From: a virus
Taxonomy: Duplodnaviria > Caudoviricetes
Direction: 5' to 3' (one strand)
IMG/VR virus record: IMGVR_UViG_3300020045_005806
Location: 1-39,047 of that record
DNA: 39,047 nt
A program made the translations under genes and the position numbers. The notes under the pieces are model-generated. The model worked only from the letters and a program-made list of their open reading frames with translations, made no database searches and was not told where the DNA came from. Of the stretch, positions 36,018-39,047 are shown in pieces. Each line of letters opens with the position of its first letter. The stretch's first letter is position 1.

Positions 36018-36689
36018 ATGAGTAAGTTGGTACACACAGATTTAAACATGGATGGTAATGAGCTTTTAAATGTAAGTTTTGAAAAACTCGCATCTGATCC
36101 AATTACCCCTGTTGCTGGTCAATATTGGTTCAACACTACATTAGGTAAAGCAAAATATTATGATGGTACAAATGTTCATATCTTTGCTGATGAAACTTTT
36201 GTACAATCCCAAATTCAGCAAATTGGGCAAACGCAAGGAGCATTTGATGCTTCACCAGGGCTTTTGCCTGTTGTTGGTGATTTGATCGATGGTGATACTG
36301 TAATTCGTAGAGGGGATTATTGGGATATTTCTGTAGCAGGTACTATTGCAGGTATTGGTGGAGCTGATGAATTAGCTATTGGTGATGTACTCAAGTTTGT
36401 AGGAACAGCACCAGCTAACCCTGCTCACTGGATTGGAATTCAACGTAACTTAAATGATACACTCATTGGTAATGCTAAAACAGAGCGTCAAACTGTTGCT
36501 TTAGTTGCTAACGTTCCACTTACAGTAAGTGCTGCAACTATCTCTGATGTTTTCTCTGTTCAAGTTTATAATTCTCTTGGAGCTGAAATCATTATTGATA
36601 TTGAGAAAGGGCTAACACCAAATGCTAGAATTCTTACATCTAAGAAATCTTTAACAGGTGTAATTGTTGATTTGATTGGGGCTAGTTAA
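36018..36689 (+). CDS. Virion fibre-like structural protein
   Basis: DLNMDGNELLN...LASDP..PVAGQYWFNTT fibre N-terminus; GDYWDISVAGT motif. Confidence 0.6.
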   Translation: MSKLVHTDLNMDGNELLNVSFEKLASDPITPVAGQYWFNTTLGKAKYYDGTNVHIFADETFVQSQIQQIGQTQGAFDASPGLLPVVGDLIDGDTVIRRGDYWDISVAGTIAGIGGADELAIGDVLKFVGTAPANPAHWIGIQRNLNDTLIGNAKTERQTVALVANVPLTVSAATISDVFSVQVYNSLGAEIIIDIEKGLTPNARILTSKKSLTGVIVDLIGAS

Positions 36690-36694
36690 TCTAA

Positions 36695-37198
36695 ATGGCC
36701 AAAAAGCAGAACACTGATATTGATTTTGATAACGTGACGAGGGGGATCAACATGCTTGATCCCCTTAATCCACAAGACGGTTCAACAAAGAACTATGTGG
36801 ATACATCTATAAAAAGTTATCGTACATCAGGCACCAGTGCTGCTGAATCTAGCACTACCAGTACAACTGTTTACTCCACCAAAATTACATTTAACACTCC
36901 TAATCTTCCATTGGGAGATTATGAAGTGCTTGCTTATTACAAATCTAGATGTGGAGCAAACAGGGCTGTAACAATTAGAATAAGAGAGGGTGCTGCAAAC
37001 ATACTTTCTTTTGATGAACCTTTTTATTCAAACGTTGCTGATAAACCTAAAGGACACATTGCAGGTAGGTTGATTGGAATTTCTGGTGTAAAGACTCTTA
37101 CACTTGAATTTAAAAGTGGAAACACAGCTCAAAATACTGCAACAACAACTTGGTGTTCTGAAGCATATTTAGAAATAAGAAGGCTTTACCCTGTATGA
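36695..37198 (+). CDS. Short fibre protein with YadA-like neck motif
   Basis: DPLNPQDGSTKNYVD followed by a beta-rich head. Confidence 0.6.
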   Translation: MAKKQNTDIDFDNVTRGINMLDPLNPQDGSTKNYVDTSIKSYRTSGTSAAESSTTSTTVYSTKITFNTPNLPLGDYEVLAYYKSRCGANRAVTIRIREGAANILSFDEPFYSNVADKPKGHIAGRLIGISGVKTLTLEFKSGNTAQNTATTTWCSEAYLEIRRLYPV

Positions 37199-37905
37199 TT
37201 TACCATCCAATTTCTCAATATCTTGAACACACTGATCTAATGACTGATTCAATTAAAACAATTATGGGTGAAAGGTTCTTTGGGATTGAAACAAATCTTG
37301 ATGGGCAATTCATGCTTCTAGCCAATGATGTAACACAAGCAGAAAAAGATGCTCTTGATGCTTTAGAGTATCCAGTTAAAAAGATATTAAAAATCAATAG
37401 GTTTACTCGTGTTGCTTATGACCCTTGTGATGTTCCTATTGATACTGATTTTGTATCAGGGTTAAAGATTAAACTACACCGCAAATCAATTATCATAAAA
37501 GGTGAAATTAAAGCTGAAGAGTTCTATGAATTTTGTGATAACAACGTGTTTTCAAATCTCATAGTAAAAGAAGCAACTACATTTACACGTAATGTTTTAG
37601 GGTTCCCACTTTACAAAGATGTAGTTGTAACTTGGTATAATGAAGATGGAACACCAAATATTCATACTAAAACATGGCGTTCTTATTATAGCCAACTTGA
37701 ACAAATCAAAGAGGGTAAGTCTAGAAGAGGCAACTTAGTTTCAAATCTTCAGATGCCTTGTATTGGTTTGATTTCAATTGCAATGACAGGAACACCAAAC
37801 CCTTCACCAGCATTTATTGTCTTAACAATATCAGATTGGATAAGCTCTCCCAATACTGAGAGAGCTTTTCCAACAGAGATAGCTTGCAGGATGCACTTAG
37901 ATTGA
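37195..37905 (+). CDS. Hypothetical protein; C-terminus after ~37810 probably chimeric
   Basis: Overlaps a convergent gene by 157 nt; last ~30 codons are antisense to the neck gene. Confidence 0.6.
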   Translation: MIYHPISQYLEHTDLMTDSIKTIMGERFFGIETNLDGQFMLLANDVTQAEKDALDALEYPVKKILKINRFTRVAYDPCDVPIDTDFVSGLKIKLHRKSIIIKGEIKAEEFYEFCDNNVFSNLIVKEATTFTRNVLGFPLYKDVVVTWYNEDGTPNIHTKTWRSYYSQLEQIKEGKSRRGNLVSNLQMPCIGLISIAMTGTPNPSPAFIVLTISDWISSPNTERAFPTEIACRMHLD

Positions 37906-38171
37906 AGCACACGGCTTTTCTCCACGTACACATTGAAATTTTGATCAACAGTGGAACGGATAAAAGAACGTTCGGGTGGGTTATTGTTCTCCCCACCGAA
38001 CTCATGAAAAGTTGCAACGTCTGCAACAGTTAATCCATCAGTCTCTTTGTGGGCACCAGCAGTTTCAAGAACACCAATCTTAACAGAGGGCTTAGTTGCA
38101 ACTTCTTTGAAAGTTTCAAGAACAGCTTTGTAACCTCTATCTTTAGTTGTGGTCTTGAAGTTGCTGGCCAT
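37749..38171 (-). CDS. Neck / virion morphogenesis protein, C-terminally truncated near 37806
   Basis: VKIGV, VATFHEFG...PERSFIRST; lacks the usual PN..ST...K....PLIDTG ending. Confidence 0.75.
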   Translation of the reverse strand: MASNFKTTTKDRGYKAVLETFKEVATKPSVKIGVLETAGAHKETDGLTVADVATFHEFGGENNNPPERSFIRSTVDQNFNVYVEKSRVLQSKCILQAISVGKALSVLGELIQSDIVKTINAGEGFGVPVIAIEIKPIQGI

Positions 38172-38516
38172 TTAAACCACCAGTGGGGTGATTTTAAGTG
38201 TCTTTCTCAACATGTAATAAAGTTCACCGTAGGTAGTGCTTTGAAGCTCATCATCCATTGGTGAATTTGCATAAGAAATTGAAAGTTCCCCAACAGATTC
38301 AGAAGCGATTGGGCCAGAGTTATTAGCACCAGTTGAAGTCATACTAACCATGTGGGCAGTCAGTAAGCATACAGCTTGTTTGTATTTACGTTCCCACTTA
38401 CCTTCAAACACAAAGTTTTTAGCTAAATCCAAATAGATTTGCATTTGAGGTGTAGGCACTGAAGCAAGTTCAGGTGCATAAACCAAAACGTCTGCTATTT
38501 CAACTGGTGTACTCAT
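38172..38516 (-). CDS. Head-tail adaptor (DUF4054-like)
   Basis: PEL, LLTAH, SESVGELSISY, STTYG..Y..LR. Confidence 0.85.
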   Translation of the reverse strand: MSTPVEIADVLVYAPELASVPTPQMQIYLDLAKNFVFEGKWERKYKQAVCLLTAHMVSMTSTGANNSGPIASESVGELSISYANSPMDDELQSTTYGELYYMLRKTLKITPLVV

Positions 38517-38525
38517 AAACTTATA

Positions 38526-38903
38526 TTACTTGTTTTCAGGAGTTGCGCCACTTCTTAGTTGAACTGGTGCTGCAAGTTTTTCGAGTTGTTTCTTAACGGC
38601 ATCCAATACTGGTTTTCTTTTATCGGATTTCTGCCATGACTTCAGAAGTTCTTCATCAACAGTTGATTCAACCAGAGCAACAGCATCACTTGGTGAAAGC
38701 TTAGTTACACCACTTTCATCTGATACCGATTCAGGGAATTCAAGCAGACCATCTTCAATCATTGCTTTAATGACTGGATGAGCTTTCATCTTTTTTGCAG
38801 TATCAACAGAAATCTTATTTGCACCTGGCATAAGTGTTTCTGATTCAAAGCCGATAAGACCAGTTTTTTTGTTGTTCACGATAACGGATTTCTCGTTAGA
38901 CAT
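38526..38903 (-). CDS. Capsid-adjacent hypothetical structural protein
   Basis: LMPGAN...HPV...IEDG.L and DKRKPVLDAV motifs; AAGGAG RBS; lies between capsid terminator and adaptor. Confidence 0.7.
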   Translation of the reverse strand: MSNEKSVIVNNKKTGLIGFESETLMPGANKISVDTAKKMKAHPVIKAMIEDGLLEFPESVSDESGVTKLSPSDAVALVESTVDEELLKSWQKSDKRKPVLDAVKKQLEKLAAPVQLRSGATPENK

Positions 38904-38926
38904 AGAATATCTCCTTTTAAGATAAG

Positions 38927-39047
38927 TGACTGAATAGGCTTAAATTAGAGCATGATAAAAAGAAAAAGCCTAGCATTTCTGCTAGGCTTAAAAAGGAGTA
39001 TCCGAGAACTTGAGCTTAGATGCTATTACAGACCATCAGCATAAGCA
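38927..39047. repeat. 121-bp terminal direct repeat, copy 2
   Basis: Identical to 1-121. Confidence 0.95.

Noticed and set aside
37749-39047. Programmed invertible cassette (Gin/Cin-like)
   Set aside because: No recombinase, no matching inverted sites at the two ends, and both junctions destroy essential genes
1-39047. Alternative genetic code
   Set aside because: Genes tile densely in the standard code with intact motifs and TAA/TGA/TAG stops coupled to next starts

Overview
Circularly assembled ~38.9 kb genome of a contractile-tailed (myovirus-type) dsDNA phage; bases 1-121 are repeated at 38927-39047. Plus strand 119-15102 carries the tail sheath, tube, frameshifted chaperone, tape measure, baseplate, fibres and lysis genes. 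Minus strand 15363-26237 carries small early genes, family A DNA polymerase, DUF2815 SSB, DUF2800 nuclease, a methyltransferase-like gene and an SNF2 helicase. Plus strand 26362-37810 carries a Cro-like regulator, primase-helicase, likely origin, resolvase, ligase, terminase, portal and a second fibre cluster. I saw no integrase, CI repressor, tRNA or CRISPR array. Three things stand out. (1) The large tail-fibre-position protein and its downstream partner both begin with Sec-type signal peptides and have even numbers of cysteines, suggesting fibres exported to and folded in the periplasm. (2) A gene-free stretch at 15103-15376 holds a three-way-junction RNA element, then a promoter-driven ~165-nt candidate ncRNA with two pseudoknots. 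(3) The segment from ~37810 through 39047/121 is inverted, with deletions at both junctions, so the major capsid, protease and several neck genes are missing; this is most likely an amplification or assembly chimera. A Bdellovibrionota (Bacteriovorax-like) host is my inference only. All product calls come from motif recognition and gene order, not database searches.
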